Origin: Lytechinus pictus
Taxonomy: Eukaryota
Reading direction: 5' to 3'
Length of the DNA: 64,000 bases
NCBI RefSeq assembly: GCF_037042905.1
Contig: NC_087250.1
Span: forward strand, 24,430,001-24,494,000
The notes under the pieces were generated by a model. That model worked only from the letters and a program-made list of their open reading frames with translations, was not told the origin of the DNA and searched no databases. The position numbers and the translations under genes are program-made. The number at the start of each line of letters is the position of its first letter. The stretch's first letter is position 1. Positions 25,020 to 38,363 of the stretch are shown in pieces.

Positions 25020-25950
25020 AGATCGACAAAAAAATAAAGGGGTAATCGAGTCTGAAGTAAATATGATTTGAACAGATAAAGAAAAATCAGACAAACAAAA
25101 CACTGAACATTCGGTTAAAATCGGACAAAGAATAACCATCAACTTATGACGTTTCAAAGATTTGCATTTTCCGGTGAAACAATTCTAGGCATATCTTCAT
25201 GAATATTCAATTGGCAAATTGATGATGTTATATCCCCATTTGTTCTTTTGATACGAAATTAGCTTAATTCAAGTTTTTTCCTCTAAGAACTAAAAATTTG
25301 GATTGAAAAATTTATTTAGTGCATTAAATATTCATTGCTGCAACTTACAGCATAAGGGAGATATATTATTCACACATGTATGAAATTATGAAAAAAACTA
25401 GAGCTTCTTAGACCTTCATTACATACTTGTAACCATTAACGTTAACTCTATCACATGCAACAAGTTTGTTTATAAAATGTTTTAAAACAAATGATCAAAA
25501 TTGGACAAGGAGTAAAAATGTTGTGAAAATTTAAAGATATATTATTTCGGTGAAATAGTTCTAGCTCTAGACTTATGCATGCCTTTATGAATTTAATTAG
25601 CAAACTAATGCAAAGATGTCTCAACTTGTTATTTTGTATTTTATTACATGAAATTATGTTTGTTCTATTTTTTCCTCCAAGACTATATTAATTGATACAA
25701 AAAGGGTGACATATCAGTCACACATGTAGGGAAAAAAATGAAATAAGTATGATTTCTTGTTTTAACTTAAGAAAAGTTAAAGGGGGATGTGACATTATAA
25801 GCCCATCTAATGAATATTATTCAAATGTGCATATAACTGTTTTTTTACAAAATATTGCTAACCCCCCCCCCCCCTGTTATCAGATTTTGATGAAATTTTA
25901 AGAATTAGCTCGTTGTATTTTAATCTATTTAATGAAAATATTTTCAGCTC
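25020..25950. mobile_element. Decayed copies of the Kolobok-like MITE family
   Basis: Shares motifs (CACTGAACATT..AAAATCGGA, GATTTTGATGAAATTTT) with 27538-28123. Confidence 0.5.
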
Positions 25951-26403
25951 GTAGTGCTTATTTAAATTGGTTAATTATGGACATTTTTTAAATCCCCCTC
26001 CAAACAAATGCTCATTTTGTCGGTCTTCTGATTTTAATTTTGATTTTTCGGAACTGTGCAAATGATATTGAAATTATAACTAGAAATGTATACTTTTTTT
26101 TTAATTCAGAATATTTTTTTGCTGGGGGGGTTAATTTCTTCTTTTTTCCACCATCTGGTAGAGCTACATTACATGAGGTTCCCCAACTTTTTACGCAAAA
26201 TCATTCAATCTTGAAATAAAAATGGGCACTTTGTTGATTTATTTATATTTCAGAAAAAAAAATAGTATAAAAAATTATTATTTAATAGTTGTAAATGTTT
26301 TTTTATTAAAGTTTTTTCTTACGTAGTGTTTTTTTTTTCAAATAATCTTTAACCCTGAAGATTTGTTTACTAATTGGTCTCGTTCTATTTCGTTGTGTTA
26401 AAG

Positions 26404-26574
26404 GCACATCATGGATCCACAGAGCAACTGTATTAGCATGATTATAGTACAGTGAGGACAAGACATCTCAGAACAACATAAACATGGTATAGACAGCAGC
26501 TCTTCAAGTAGTATTTCAAGACTCTGATATGGGTTTCACCAATACCACCGCTAAAGGTAACTTTCCATGTTTTA

Positions 26575-26609
<35 letters not shown>

Positions 26610-27380
26610 TATATGGAAAGAGTGTGCCAGTTTTTACCCTGTCATGTCAATTGTTACCGATTTCTCCACGAAGGCAGTTAATTGCCGTTTTGTAAGATAT
26701 TGTTTTATGATAAATTCTAAATGAAATCTAGACTCATGGAAATTGTAAAATAGAACAAATATAAAAAGATGATGAACACCATAAAAAAAAAATACAGAAT
26801 TTGGACTAAGGATCAGAGAAAGCTATTTACAAGCGATTTTTAAAAATTAAACATTTGAATATGAACATCTTGTGATTTTTTGCGGGATTTTTGTTTAATC
26901 CAGCAATAATCTTATTTATTTTTAATAGAAACATATGAAATCAGGGAGTACTTCCAACTTTATAATAAATCAAGTAACATTTACACAAATCAAAAAATTG
27001 AAAAGTTAATGTATGATAAATATCTTGTTTTTGATAATGTTTATGATTCGTGAAGAAATGAGAAAGTAATGTGACTGTTTTTTTTATAAAACAGTAATAT
27101 CGGTGAACTTTTCATTTGCATTCATCAATCATGCAGATTCGAGTCATCGGAACGTGGAATTTTTTAGACTGGACATGAAAAAAGCAAACAAAGCAGAGGA
27201 AGGAAAATTTCCCCTATTGGTGAACTCTGCTGACATACTCTCTCAGATGCTCCCAGTTAAGCTATCAACTGGACTTTCCAAGGAGAAGGAAGAGGACATA
27301 TGGAAAGATCTGAGATGAGTACAAGACATATCTCTTGGCACCTCAGCCTCCCTGGTGGGGGAGGAAATGGAACAATAAAT
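26404..27380 (+). pseudogene. Degenerate two-exon coding remnant (26404-26556, 27095-~27380), possibly a DNA-transposase C-terminus
   Basis: Canonical AG/GT boundaries. Peptides WYRQQLFK*YFKTL and LPVKLSTGLSKEKEEDIWKDLR..EYKTYLLAPQPPW with stops and frameshifts. Family identity unverified. Confidence 0.3.
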
Positions 27381-27537
27381 ACGTGTTTCTCTTTAAATGA
27401 ACAAACTCTATGAGTTTTTCGATAAAAAAACTTTTACTTAATTTGTACCGTTTGCTGATCCATTAGAAGGATGTCATTGTAGAAAGTTGAAATGTGGTAA
27501 GTTTGCTGCTGTATCAAGAAGTGTGTGATAATGTTAA

Positions 27538-28123
27538 AGGACAAGTTCACCCGAATAAAAACTTGATTTGAATAAAAAGAGAAAAATTCAACAAGCATAA
27601 CACTGAAAATGTCATCAAAATCGGATGTAAAATAAGAAAGTTATGACATTTTAAAGTTTCGCTTCATTTCACAAAACAGTTTTATGCACATCTCGGTCGG
27701 TATGCAAATGAGGGAACTGATGACATCACTCACTCACTACTTCTTTTGTATTTTATTATATGAAATATGAAATATTTTGATTTTCTCGTCATTGTCATGT
27801 GAAATGAAGTTTCATTCCTCCCTGAACACGTGGAATTCCATTATTTTAACATTTTGTGCTTCAGGCAAGGAGGTCCTAATCATCAAATTCGTAAAAATTG
27901 AAATATTGTATAATTCAAACAATAAAAAACAAAAGAAATAGTGAGTGAGTGATATCATCGACTCTCTCATTTGGATGTAACTGGCTAGTTCATATAACTA
28001 TTTTGTTAAAAATAAGCGAAACTTTGAAATGTCATAACTTATTTTACACCCGATTTTGATGAAATTTTCAGCATTGTGCTTGTCTGATTTTTCTCACACA
28101 TTTTTCTGAGGTGGACTTGACCT
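27538..28123. mobile_element. Kolobok-like palindromic MITE (TTAA TSD)
   Basis: TTAA|AGGACAAGTTCACC ... GGTGGACTTGACCT|TTAA with long internal inverted arms. Confidence 0.85.
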
Positions 28124-29986
28124 TTAAAGGCACACACTATAGGAGTGATTATCGTGTTTTATATCCATTTTAGTGCAATTTCGACAGTGGAGAGCGATGC
28201 ACATCTCTGATCTTTGCGAATACTGGTGCTTAGATATGTAGTCTCTTCCATATCACGAATTAAACTGATATTATTTTACTGAAGCATAATATGTTTACAA
28301 CGCATTTTCACTACACACGTGTACACAGTGTAGCAGGGAAAATAAAATTGTAAAAAGTAAGATCAGATACCTGTGTAATTGTGATTATTTGTTAGTTATA
28401 ATGCCTGTCGTTTTGATATGTGGAAACAAGTCTGGGGCACATACTTTTTTATTCTTTTTAAACGAAGTCACACACACACAAAAAAACATTATCCTTCAGT
28501 GATTCAGATAATTTGGCAGTAATGGTGAAATATATTCCATGACTACCCAATCCCTAAAAAAACCAAAAGGGGCCCATTTCATAAAATGTTGATACGGCTT
28601 GCTGCCATGACAACAGTGAAACTTCTGCTTCCTGATTCGTTCGTTCAATGAAAGTTTATATTTTATCAAGAGTTGCTCTTTTAGTAACTTTTAATGAAAT
28701 GTAGCCCGCATCAGCTTTTCACTAATGTTTATTGCCACAGAAAAAACTTGGTTTGGAACAATTTGATTTTTGTTTGTGTCTACTATTTTTCAAAGCTTAA
28801 GCATGATTTTTTTTAATATATTTTACTTTGCGAGAAAGTAAAGAATTGATTAAGAGCTAAGTGGTGTCTCTCTTTTCTCCTTTATTTTTTTTTTTGGGGG
28901 GGGGTTATGGGCAGGGATGAATCTAGGATTTAAGTGGACAGGGGCTTTGGCCCCCACTTTTTTCAAAAAACACATAAGCACAAGTATAAACATTACAAAA
29001 TTGCCATTTGCTGTGATTTTTTTTTGCATGGATAGCCCCCTCCCATTTTCGAAAATGTTCTGCGGCGCGTGTAAGGGTGAGCAGCCCCCCCCCCCCCCCC
29101 AAAAAAAAAAAAAAAAAAATAATAATAAATGATAAGCTTTCCACTACACGAAAAAATATAAGTAATTCTCCCCAACCTGCCCCTGGTCAATGGATCTGGT
29201 AACCTCCCATGTTCAAACTGCGCGCTATGACAAACTATATATAGTATGACAAATGGTCCTTATAAGTTTGTTTTGAATGTAATCTGAGTGTGTGGGTGTG
29301 GTTGAATATTTTGAATATTTTTTTTGTATTCGCCTTGATGTATGAAATTATGTCTGCACTACACCATGCTACACGAGATCAGTTCGCCTATGTGTGACAC
29401 ATTGTACATGTGTCCAGGTACCAGGAAACATAAAAAAAACAAAATCCAAAATTTCACCTATAATACCCATTTTCCCAGGATGGGCCACATTTAATAAACA
29501 CGGTGGATACTGCATTTTATCGCCAAATTGATAAAATACGTTGAAATATCTAATTGAGTTTTATATCATGTATAATAATTTTATGTTGATAGTTCCATCA
29601 AAATATTTATTTTAATAGGTTATAACCACGCAAGTATTGATTATTTTCGATAATAAATGGTTCAAATGACAGCATTACCAGTTCGTCTATAACCATTTCT
29701 TTAGTCTAATACCCACTAACTTATCATTCATTTTGCCCAATTAGACTAAATAGTTGACTTAACTGGTTATGAGACGAAATGGTGAGTGGACGAATTTGTG
29801 ATTAGACCATGTGGATAGTGTACGAACTGATGGTAGACCAAATGATAGTATACGAGTGGGTGATTGGACGAAATGGCATAATACCAATTGAAAATAAACC
29901 ATGATCATTTATTCTAATGCCATTCCGTCCATCAACATGTCGTCTATAAACTATTTGGTCCAATCATCACTTCATCTAATCACCAG

Positions 29987-30112
29987 GGGACCGTAACACA
30001 ATTTAGCAATGATCGTAGAACATTTTTCTACGATTGATTCCATTGACAAAATGTACAATCAATCGTGAAAATCAAGTGTACGACCAATCGTTAACCTTTG
30101 TGTAATGGAACC
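29987..30112. mobile_element. Harbinger-like MITE (3-bp TSD CAG)
   Basis: CAG|GGGACCGTAACACA ... TGTGTAATGGAACC|CAG. Absent from duplicate copy B. Confidence 0.7.
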
Positions 30113-30497
30113 CAGGTCGTTATGACTATTTCGTCTCATAACCAATTGACCTAATACCCAATTGCTTTACATTCATTTGCCAATTATTATTGTACCAAAA
30201 TTTAATGGAATATAAACTAAATGGTCAACTGGTTATTAAACGAAATGGGGAGTGGACCATATGGATAGTGCATGAACTGATGTCAGACCAAATGAGAGTA
30301 GATGAGTTGATACTTGGACGAATCCGCATTAGAACAATTGAATGATTACAGACTTAGAGCCGCCAGCAAAAGCATATTCATTATTACATGTATTTGGAAG
30401 AAAAATCTAGCAAACTGCCTGCAACTTCATTGTCAAGGTCAATTTTATTGTTCATGATCACGATACTGAACCAACCACGATGGCAGCTGTTTCCTAC

Positions 30498-30834
30498 CCG
30501 GTGGGGTACTTGGTTTGGACGGGGTGTGCGGCTGAAGGTTCAAAACCCATACCCATTTACGGGTCAATTGGCTAAAAAGGTATCCATTATTAAGGATTTA
30601 TTAAAAATTGACAAGCCAAAAAATAAATAAATAAAAATTCACAAAAAGGTTATCACCAAAAATTGGAGGAGAATACGGACCCATGTTAAAGGCCAGTATC
30701 TAAAAATTGGGGCCATATTTAGGGATTTTCCAGCATAAAGCCATACTCCATGTTAAGCGATTTCTTCCAAAAAGCGACCCATTCCAGCGGCACATCCCCG
30801 TATGCCTTATGTCGGGAATACCACCATCCCCAGG
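30498..30834. mobile_element. MITE with CC..GG ends and 8-9 bp TSD
   Basis: Flanked by GTTTCCTAC and ATTTCCTAC. Imperfect TIR CCGGTGGGGTAC / ATACCACCATCCCCAGG. Confidence 0.55.
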
Positions 30835-30844
30835 ATTTCCTACC

Positions 30845-30978
30845 GGTATCTAATTAGTACCTGAGAGTGAATAGCATTGGGGATAAGTTTCTTGCCAGAA
30901 GAAATTAGTCTCGCGACTAGAATCGAACCCATAACCCTGTGATTCTCAGTCTGAGAACTTGACCACTAGACCACTACT
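30845..30978 (-). mobile_element. Old tRNA-derived SINE head (duplicate at 37199-37335)
   Basis: Minus strand A box GTGGTCTAGTGG and B box GGTTCGATTC, followed by GGCAAGAAACTTATCC. Confidence 0.65.
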
Positions 30979-31019
30979 CAAACATAATAATTCAGACAAT
31001 AGTATTGTATTATAATTAC

Positions 31020-31290
31020 CACAGGCGGAAATCTCTCCCAACAGGTATATGGGGGACAAAGGACTGAAAAAATTGACAAGCAAAAAAAGGGTTATCCCCA
31101 AAATATAAGGTCGTTCTCGACCAAAACCAATTTGACAAGCAAAAAAATAGGTTATCACCCCAAAATTAAAGTTATCTCGTCCAAAATACATGTTTTATTT
31201 CCATTTTGAATGATGTATTTCTTTTCATCACAAAAGACCAAAAATAGTAGGGGGACATTTGATATTGTCTCCCTGGGATTTCTGCCCATG
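31020..31290. mobile_element. hAT-like MITE (8-bp TSD)
   Basis: ATAATTAC|CACAGGCGGAAATC ... GATTTCTGCCCATG|CTAATTAC. Empty site at ~37369; second copy at 39928-40199. Confidence 0.8.
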
Positions 31291-31519
31291 CTAATTACTG
31301 TTATTGAGGGGGCAAGATATGAAGTATCGGGCGAAAATTCTTAAAAGTAGCGAGTGAAGATCGATAGCGAGCGAGCAAAATTTTCACCTTTTTATCAGAA
31401 AATTGTATAGATTTTGACATTTACATTCGTGTGATTTTAAATAATTTTCTCCCCTTTTTTTTCTTGTTCTTGAAGATTTCGGATGTCCATGGCCACCACC
31501 CCCCCCCCCCTCAGTAGGC

Positions 31520-31737
31520 CAGTGGCGCACCCAGGATTTTCGAAAGGGGGGTGCAAAGTTTTTGGAGGATGTTTCGAATTTGACAAGCAAAAAAAAGGTC
31601 TTCAACCGCAAATAAAGGACGTATATTTCGTACAAGAAAAAAACTCGTCAGGGGGGGGGGCAGGGGTACGTTCCCTGCTTGAGTTGTGACTCGTCAGGGG
31701 GGCAGTCTGCCCCCCCCCCCCCGTAGGTTCGCTAGTG
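31520..31737. mobile_element. hAT-like MITE (8-bp TSD CAGTAGGC)
   Basis: CAGTGGCGCACC ... GGTTCGCTAGTG with a perfect 8-bp TSD. Absent from copy B. Confidence 0.85.
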
Positions 31738-32613
31738 CAGTAGGCCCAACACAAAACCAATAATATAATAGTAGTTTAATCACTGTTAATTTTTTAAAGA
31801 AAGTTTCTGGTCAATTCTTCAATTCTAGTATCAGTAAACATTTATAAGATTACCCTTTTTCATTATTATTTCTCAAGATCAAATTCTGATGTTTGATTTT
31901 TTCACAAGTGTTATCACGCATTTATGCTTAATTTCGTCAAGCCATGTTAATACTTTCCTTGTCTCTCTACAGCAACAAATATTGCTAATTACACTAATGT
32001 AGATGGAAGTCATCAATTATTTGTTTGTCTTAATGTAAAACAAATAAAGGAAACTAAAGAAGATGTTCAATTTCACTCTTGCCAAAGCAAAAACGAAAAA
32101 GAAATAAAATGTTTCTTCTCTTTTTTTGCCAAAAAACACCCAACAAGTTTGAGAAGTTTTTAAATTGTTTTTATGCACAGAAAAAGAAAAGATATTCTTG
32201 TCAGAAAATGGTATAGTGAACAAAAAAATTGTTTTTTAAATAATGTTTGATTTTACATAATTCTTTCCTTATCCAAAATGATAAACAAGAAATTTCTGTT
32301 TGAAATCACTAGAAAATTTACGAACCTCATTTCGTTTTCGGACTAGCAAAGCTTCGGAATAAAGAAGCTTCGGAATTACGAATGTATGCGGGGTTGCACA
32401 CGTCAATACTTGTAAAGGGGTGCATTTTCAGAATATGGAAAATACGTGTTTAGGGTGCTTTTCAAGACCCCGTTGTCGCGCATGGTATCCACTCGTTAAT
32501 GGAAGTGGCCCCTCCAGGCAAAAAAGACTGCTTGAAGTACTCTTTCCTTCCAAGGATAATGCCAAGGAAATTAGCATGTTTAGATAATGTATAGCATCTA
32601 AATAATATAAAAT

Positions 32614-34099
32614 CAGTGGCGTACCGTGGGTCACGGCATTGGGGGGCATCAGCAAAGATCTCGAGTCACTTAGGGAGCGCGCGAAGCGCGCTCAGTTGCC
32701 AGATATACTGACCTAACAGAGACATTTTAAGGACATGCAGTGCCATTAAACGGATATGTATCTCACTGATTAAAAAAATGCGAGGGCGAAGCGCGAGCTG
32801 AAAATATTTGATATTAAGACCTAAAAAGGGACATTATAAGCACATTTTTTTCTAATCATGATACGTACCTGTCTCGCTAAATGAACAATGCGAGCACGAA
32901 GCGCGAGCTGAAATTCTTGTATACATTGACCCCAAACAGGGACATTTTAAGGACTATATTTACGAATCCATTAAGAGTATACATATCTCAGCATAGTCAT
33001 CTTATGCTAGTGCTATCCTTTTTTTATTTTGTTAGAATTACATCTAAACACATTAAGTACTTTTTGTAGTCATTGTAATCATGATAATCATACGCACCTC
33101 ACTAATCAAATACTACGTATAGCTGAAAATTTAGGAAATTCAGACCTGACGAGGGGCATTCTAAGGCTTGTTTGTAAAAATACACTATAAGACCGTACGT
33201 ATTTCACGAACCAAATGAGGCGATCGCAAAGCGCCAGCTGAATTTTTGGTATATATTGACCCCAAACAAGGATATTTTAAGGACTATCATTTTTAGGAAT
33301 CCATGAAGAGTATCTCACCATAGTCATCTATTGCGAGTGCCAAGCGCTTTCTGATTTTGTTAGAATTACATCTAAACACATGAAGCACATTTTGTTGTCA
33401 TAGTCATACGCATCTCACTAATCAAATACTGCGAGCGCGAAGCACGAGCTGAAAATTTAGGAAATTCAGACCTGAAGAGGGGCATTCTAAGGCTTGTTTG
33501 CAGGAATTCACTAAGACCGTACGTATTTCACTAACCAAATGATGTGAGCGCGAAGCGCGAGCTAAAAAAAATTGATATTGAGGTCAGAAAAATTCACATC
33601 TTAAGGACTGATTTTAGGAATTCATGAAGAACAGACATCTCACCAATCAACTAATGCGAACGTAAGCATGGACAGGAAATATTTTATATTAAGATCTTAA
33701 AATAGGGCAATCACTTTAAGTGATCATGAAAAAGAAACAAAGTCACTACATAAAACAATAATAACTCGATTTGCGAGGAATTATATTCGGCGTACAGTAT
33801 ATTGATTTGAAAACGGGAGGTTTTAGTAAAACAGGATTATATATCTCGTTAAACAGTCTATGCGAGCACCAGGAACAATGAAGACATAGACCCTGAGCAA
33901 ATAATGTTTCATAAAGTGATGAAAAAATGCTTCTCATGTAATATAATATAATATAATATAACATTATAATGAAAAATAATTTCTTCTTTCCCCACTACGT
34001 CTCTCTTCCTTTCTCCCTCTTTTTCTCCTTTTCTCCGTTTTTTTGGCCAGCCGATTGGGGGTGGCACGTGCCCCCCATGCCCCCGTAGTTACGCCACTG
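32614..34099. mobile_element. hAT-like non-autonomous element with internal GCGAGCGCGAAGCGCGAGC tandem units
   Basis: TATAAAAT|CAGTGGCGTA ... TACGCCACTG|TGTAAAAT. Confidence 0.85.
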
Positions 34100-34169
34100 T
34101 GTAAAATGTTTTGTTTGGGGTAAAATACATACAGTTTGTCTTTTCACAATTTACAATGAGTTCATTTGC

Positions 34170-34312
34170 TTTAAACCAGTCATTAATTTTTTGAAGTTCT
34201 CGGTTGGTGGTATCAATAATTAGATTGAGGAGATTGTACTCGGATGCAACACTGTAGTGTCATCGGCAAATAATACCGTTTCAAAAATTGATACATTGCA
34301 TAAATCATTTTT
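34170..34312 (-). mobile_element. CR1/L2-group LINE reverse transcriptase fragment
   Basis: Minus strand NDLCNVSIFETVLFADDTT (RT catalytic FADD motif). Confidence 0.7.
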
Positions 34313-35071
34313 ATACTACATTGGAAAAATCAAAAGTTTTTTTATTCGAAGTAAATTCAAAGGAAATGAGAATGAAGATTGTTGACGGACGCAAGGTTAC
34401 CATCTATACAATAAATATTCTTGTAATATATATTATTGTAACTTGCCCCGTCCCGTTGCATAAAAGTTGCTATTATATTGAGAAGGAATGTTTTCTTTAA
34501 ATAATCTGATTATTTTCTTACTTTTGTAATGTGAAATTGGCTACCCCTATTGGGTTGCATCAGGCTATTTAAATTTACTGTAGTTTGGTGAACAATGGCT
34601 ATTGTTCAAAGTGTATTCAGGTATGCATTTAAGCATCCCTGGATATACTTGGCTTGGTTGATCTCTTGACCAATCTAGAGTCAGTTGGGGGTAGCAATAA
34701 TGTACCCCCAATAGGTATAGGATGCTTTCTTTTCAAGCCAGCTAGAGCACGAATTTGGCGGGAAGAGGGCAGAAGAGATTGAGCTTTTGAAGAAGAAGGT
34801 TGTCTTCCCCGTGTCAGTTTGAGTCAAAGTACAACTCAACATAATTATATGCAATGATTAATTTACTAGAGGATGTTTGCATACACTGTAATTACCAGAG
34901 TAAATTAACCCAGAGATACTGAGAGCGAGGCTGTTTTTCTTGGAATAAAATACCTGTACCACCGCAAACCAGTCTGGACTTGGCTTCTTTCATTACTTTT
35001 AGGGGGACATTGGTGGAGGAACCCGTTTTGCCCCCCCCCCCCAAAAAAAAAAATATATATATATATATATG

Positions 35072-35119
<48 letters not shown>

Positions 35120-35314
35120 CGCTTGCCTGAAGATCGCACCTCACGTAGGTTGCGTGAAACTCAGAGTTTCAATTAAATTTGATGAACCTCCAGTCAACCT
35201 TGTGAACTTGTGTTTATTATGTATATATACATTTAATGGGGGCAAAACGGGTCCCTATTTGTTTGTTTTAGTTGAAATTTTGGCAAGCACGATAGGGGAA
35301 TGTAAACAAATCCA

Positions 35315-38115
35315 TGTTTTAATACACAGTATACTGCATTTTATTGCCACATTGACAAAAAACGGTTGAATATTTATGGGCTTTTATAATCTTGACAGAT
35401 TCATCAATATGTTTATTCACATTTGTTCAAACATCGTAAGTATTGATTATTTCAGATAATAGATGGGTTCAAAGAACAGCATTGTCTTGCAACTTTTGCC
35501 ACTCCCATGCATACATGTTTATATTATTGTTCCAGATTCTCATGAGATATCAAATTTAAGGACAAGAATGGGTTGGGCTTTTGACCCGTATTACAGGCAG
35601 CCATCAGAACTGTAATTAACCAGTTCGTCTACTGCCAACTCGTCCGCTCATCACACCGTCTACCATGATAATTTATTATAATGCCATTCCGTCCATCAAC
35701 ATGTCGTCCGTAAACTATTTGGTCCAACCATCACTTCGTCTAATCACCAGTTCGTTCGTTTCATAATCAATTGACCTAATACCCAATTTATTTACATTCA
35801 TTTGCCCAATTAGTCCAATTCTACCAAAATTTAATGATATATGGACTAAATGGTTATTGGACCAACTGGTTATTAAACGAAATGGTGAGTGGTCAAAATT
35901 GCAATTCGACCATATGGATAGTGGATGAACTGATGGTAGACCAAATGGGAGTAGATGAGTTGATAATTGGACGAATCGGCATAAGAACAATGGAAAATAA
36001 ACCAGAATTAGTTATCTTTCTATATCACCATGAACACAGAATAGAGCCGCCAGCAAAATCATATTCATTATACATGTATTTGGAAAAAAAATCTAACAAA
36101 CTGCATGCACCTTCATTGTCAAGGTTAATTTCAATTATTTTTTGGCAAAGCATCTGCTCAAAGGGGAGGCATTAAATTCGTGCCGTGCTATATGCAAAAG
36201 TATGTACGATGTTAAACTTTATTCTATATCGCTGCACATCCATCTCCTGTCTTGTTTTGAAATTTTGAATATCACTGAAGTTTCTTAATCAAACAAAAGG
36301 AAGCGCTTAATATGAGCGAAATAGTTTTCTTCCAAATAAATCACAGAGGTTTCGGTGCTTCGCGAGCATGGGAAAGGAAAAGTCCTTCTTCTAGCTTGCA
36401 TCATTCATCCCTTTTCACATTTTGAGATCGCCTTTCTTCTTAATCGAGTTATATATATACTCTCGGAAATATCAAAATTAAAACAGGTTAAAGATTCGGA
36501 GAAATTTCTAAAATTCTATCAGAGCTTCAACGCCATTCGTGAGAAGGAATAGGTCTTATTTCCCTCCACCGTCTTCTATACTGTTTGGCGACTCGAGTTA
36601 ACGAAATTTAATGTGGATAAACTTTTTACAATCAAATCTGATGTGACCATGGTAGGCATAATTGTATCATTCTGTTCTCTATTTTTATAAAACGTTTTAA
36701 GCTTCCGCTCTCTTCGCACGGTAAGAGTAATTATTTCAAATTCTTTAGTCTTTTCCCAATTTAGGGGCACTCATAATTTCTTTCAAAAACATTTATATTT
36801 CAATCACAGTAAGTCAATATTCGAGTTGATAAGGGTACTAGAGAAGCAAGAGAAGACCTTCTTTTGATTTAAATTTGATGATATATCAAAAACTCCCTGC
36901 ACCCTTCCCCCCCCCCCCCCCCACCCCCTAGGAAGCGAGCTTCGCGCGCTCGGTAAGCATTTGCGGCGGAAGCCCAACAATTTAGGGGGAACACAAAAAA
37001 TTCTAAAAAGAAAGAAAAAAAAGGGGTTATCAGCCTAAATTTTAGGGGGGACCACCAAAAAAAATTTGACAAGCCAAAAAAAAAAGGGGGGGGGGTTATC
37101 AACAAAAAATGTCTGTAAGTGATGGCACCGCATGCTTCGCGTGCACTTACCGCCCCCTCAAAAATCAAATCCTGGCTACGCAGTTGTGGGTACCCCCCGG
37201 TATCCAATTAGCACCTGAGGGTGAATAGCAACAGGGGTAAGATTCTTGCCAAAATAAATTAGTCTCGCGATTAGAATCGAACCCATATAACCCTGTGATT
37301 CTCAGTCTGAGAACTTGACCACTAGACCACGACTCAAACATATGATCATGAATTCAGACAATAGTATTCTAATTACTGATAGTGAGAGGGGCAAGATATG
37401 AAGTCACAGGCGGAAATTCTTAAAAGCAGTGAGAAAGTTAAGAGAGTGAGCGAGAAAAACGAAACGAGCGAGCAAAATTTTCATCTTTTGACCACAAAAT
37501 CTTATAGATTTTGACATTACATTAAAAAAATGATTTCAATTATGTTTCTTCCCCTTTTTTCTTGATCTTGAAGATTTCGGGGTCCGAGGCCGCCAACTTG
37601 AGCCCCCTCCCCCATTGGTAGGCCCAACGCAAAACCAATAATAGTTTAATCATTGTAAGTTAGTTTAGTAAATTTCTTGTCCATTCTTCAATTCTAGTAT
37701 CAGTAAACATTTATAAGATTACCTTTTTTTCATTTCTCCGAATCAAAATCTGATGCTTAATTTTTCAGCCGTGTTATCACGCATTTATGCTTAATTCCGT
37801 CAAGCCATGTTAATACTTTCCTTGTCTCTGTACAGCAACGAATATTGCTAGTTACACTAGATGGAAGTTTTCAAATATATGTTTGTCTAAATGTAACACA
37901 GATAAAGGAAACTACAACAGGTGTTCAGTTTTCACTCTTGTCAAAGCAAATACGAACAATAAATAAAGTGTTTCTTTATCTTTTTTTGCCAAAAAAAAAC
38001 CCAAACAAGTTAGAGAAGTTTTTAAATTGTCTTTATGCACAGAAATAGAAAAGATATTTATGTCAGAAAACGGTATAGTGAAAAAAAGTTTGTTTTTTAA
38101 ATAATGTTAGATTTT
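35315..38115 (+). repeat. Local segmental duplication, copy B
   Basis: Colinear with 29490-32254; carries unrelated sequence at ~36140-37195. Confidence 0.85.
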
Positions 38116-38363
38116 TTTTAAGAGAGAAGAGCTATCTCAAGACTTACACTTTAATATAAATCTGTAAATCATATTGCTTTAATGAACGTAGGGGGTGATT
38201 CCATACGTGTCGTATGGGACATTTAAAGAACATTTGACAGTTTTTCGACAAGAAGAACAAAAAATATTCCAGTAACTAAAGGTGAATATCAAGTACTACC
38301 AGAGTGTTTGGAAAACCAAAACTTAACATAACTTGAATTCCCATCCTGTATAATACAAAATAG

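Larger units (their letters stand above)
29490..32254 (+). repeat. Local segmental duplication, copy A (paired with 35315-38115)
   Basis: Colinear matches at 29910/35675, 30355/36042, 30845/37199, 31741/37619 and 32230/38091. Confidence 0.85.

Noticed and set aside
36300..36870. Possible L1/Tx1 fragment on the minus strand
   Set aside because: Only short ambiguous motifs (DFIWKK-like) with no consistent frame.
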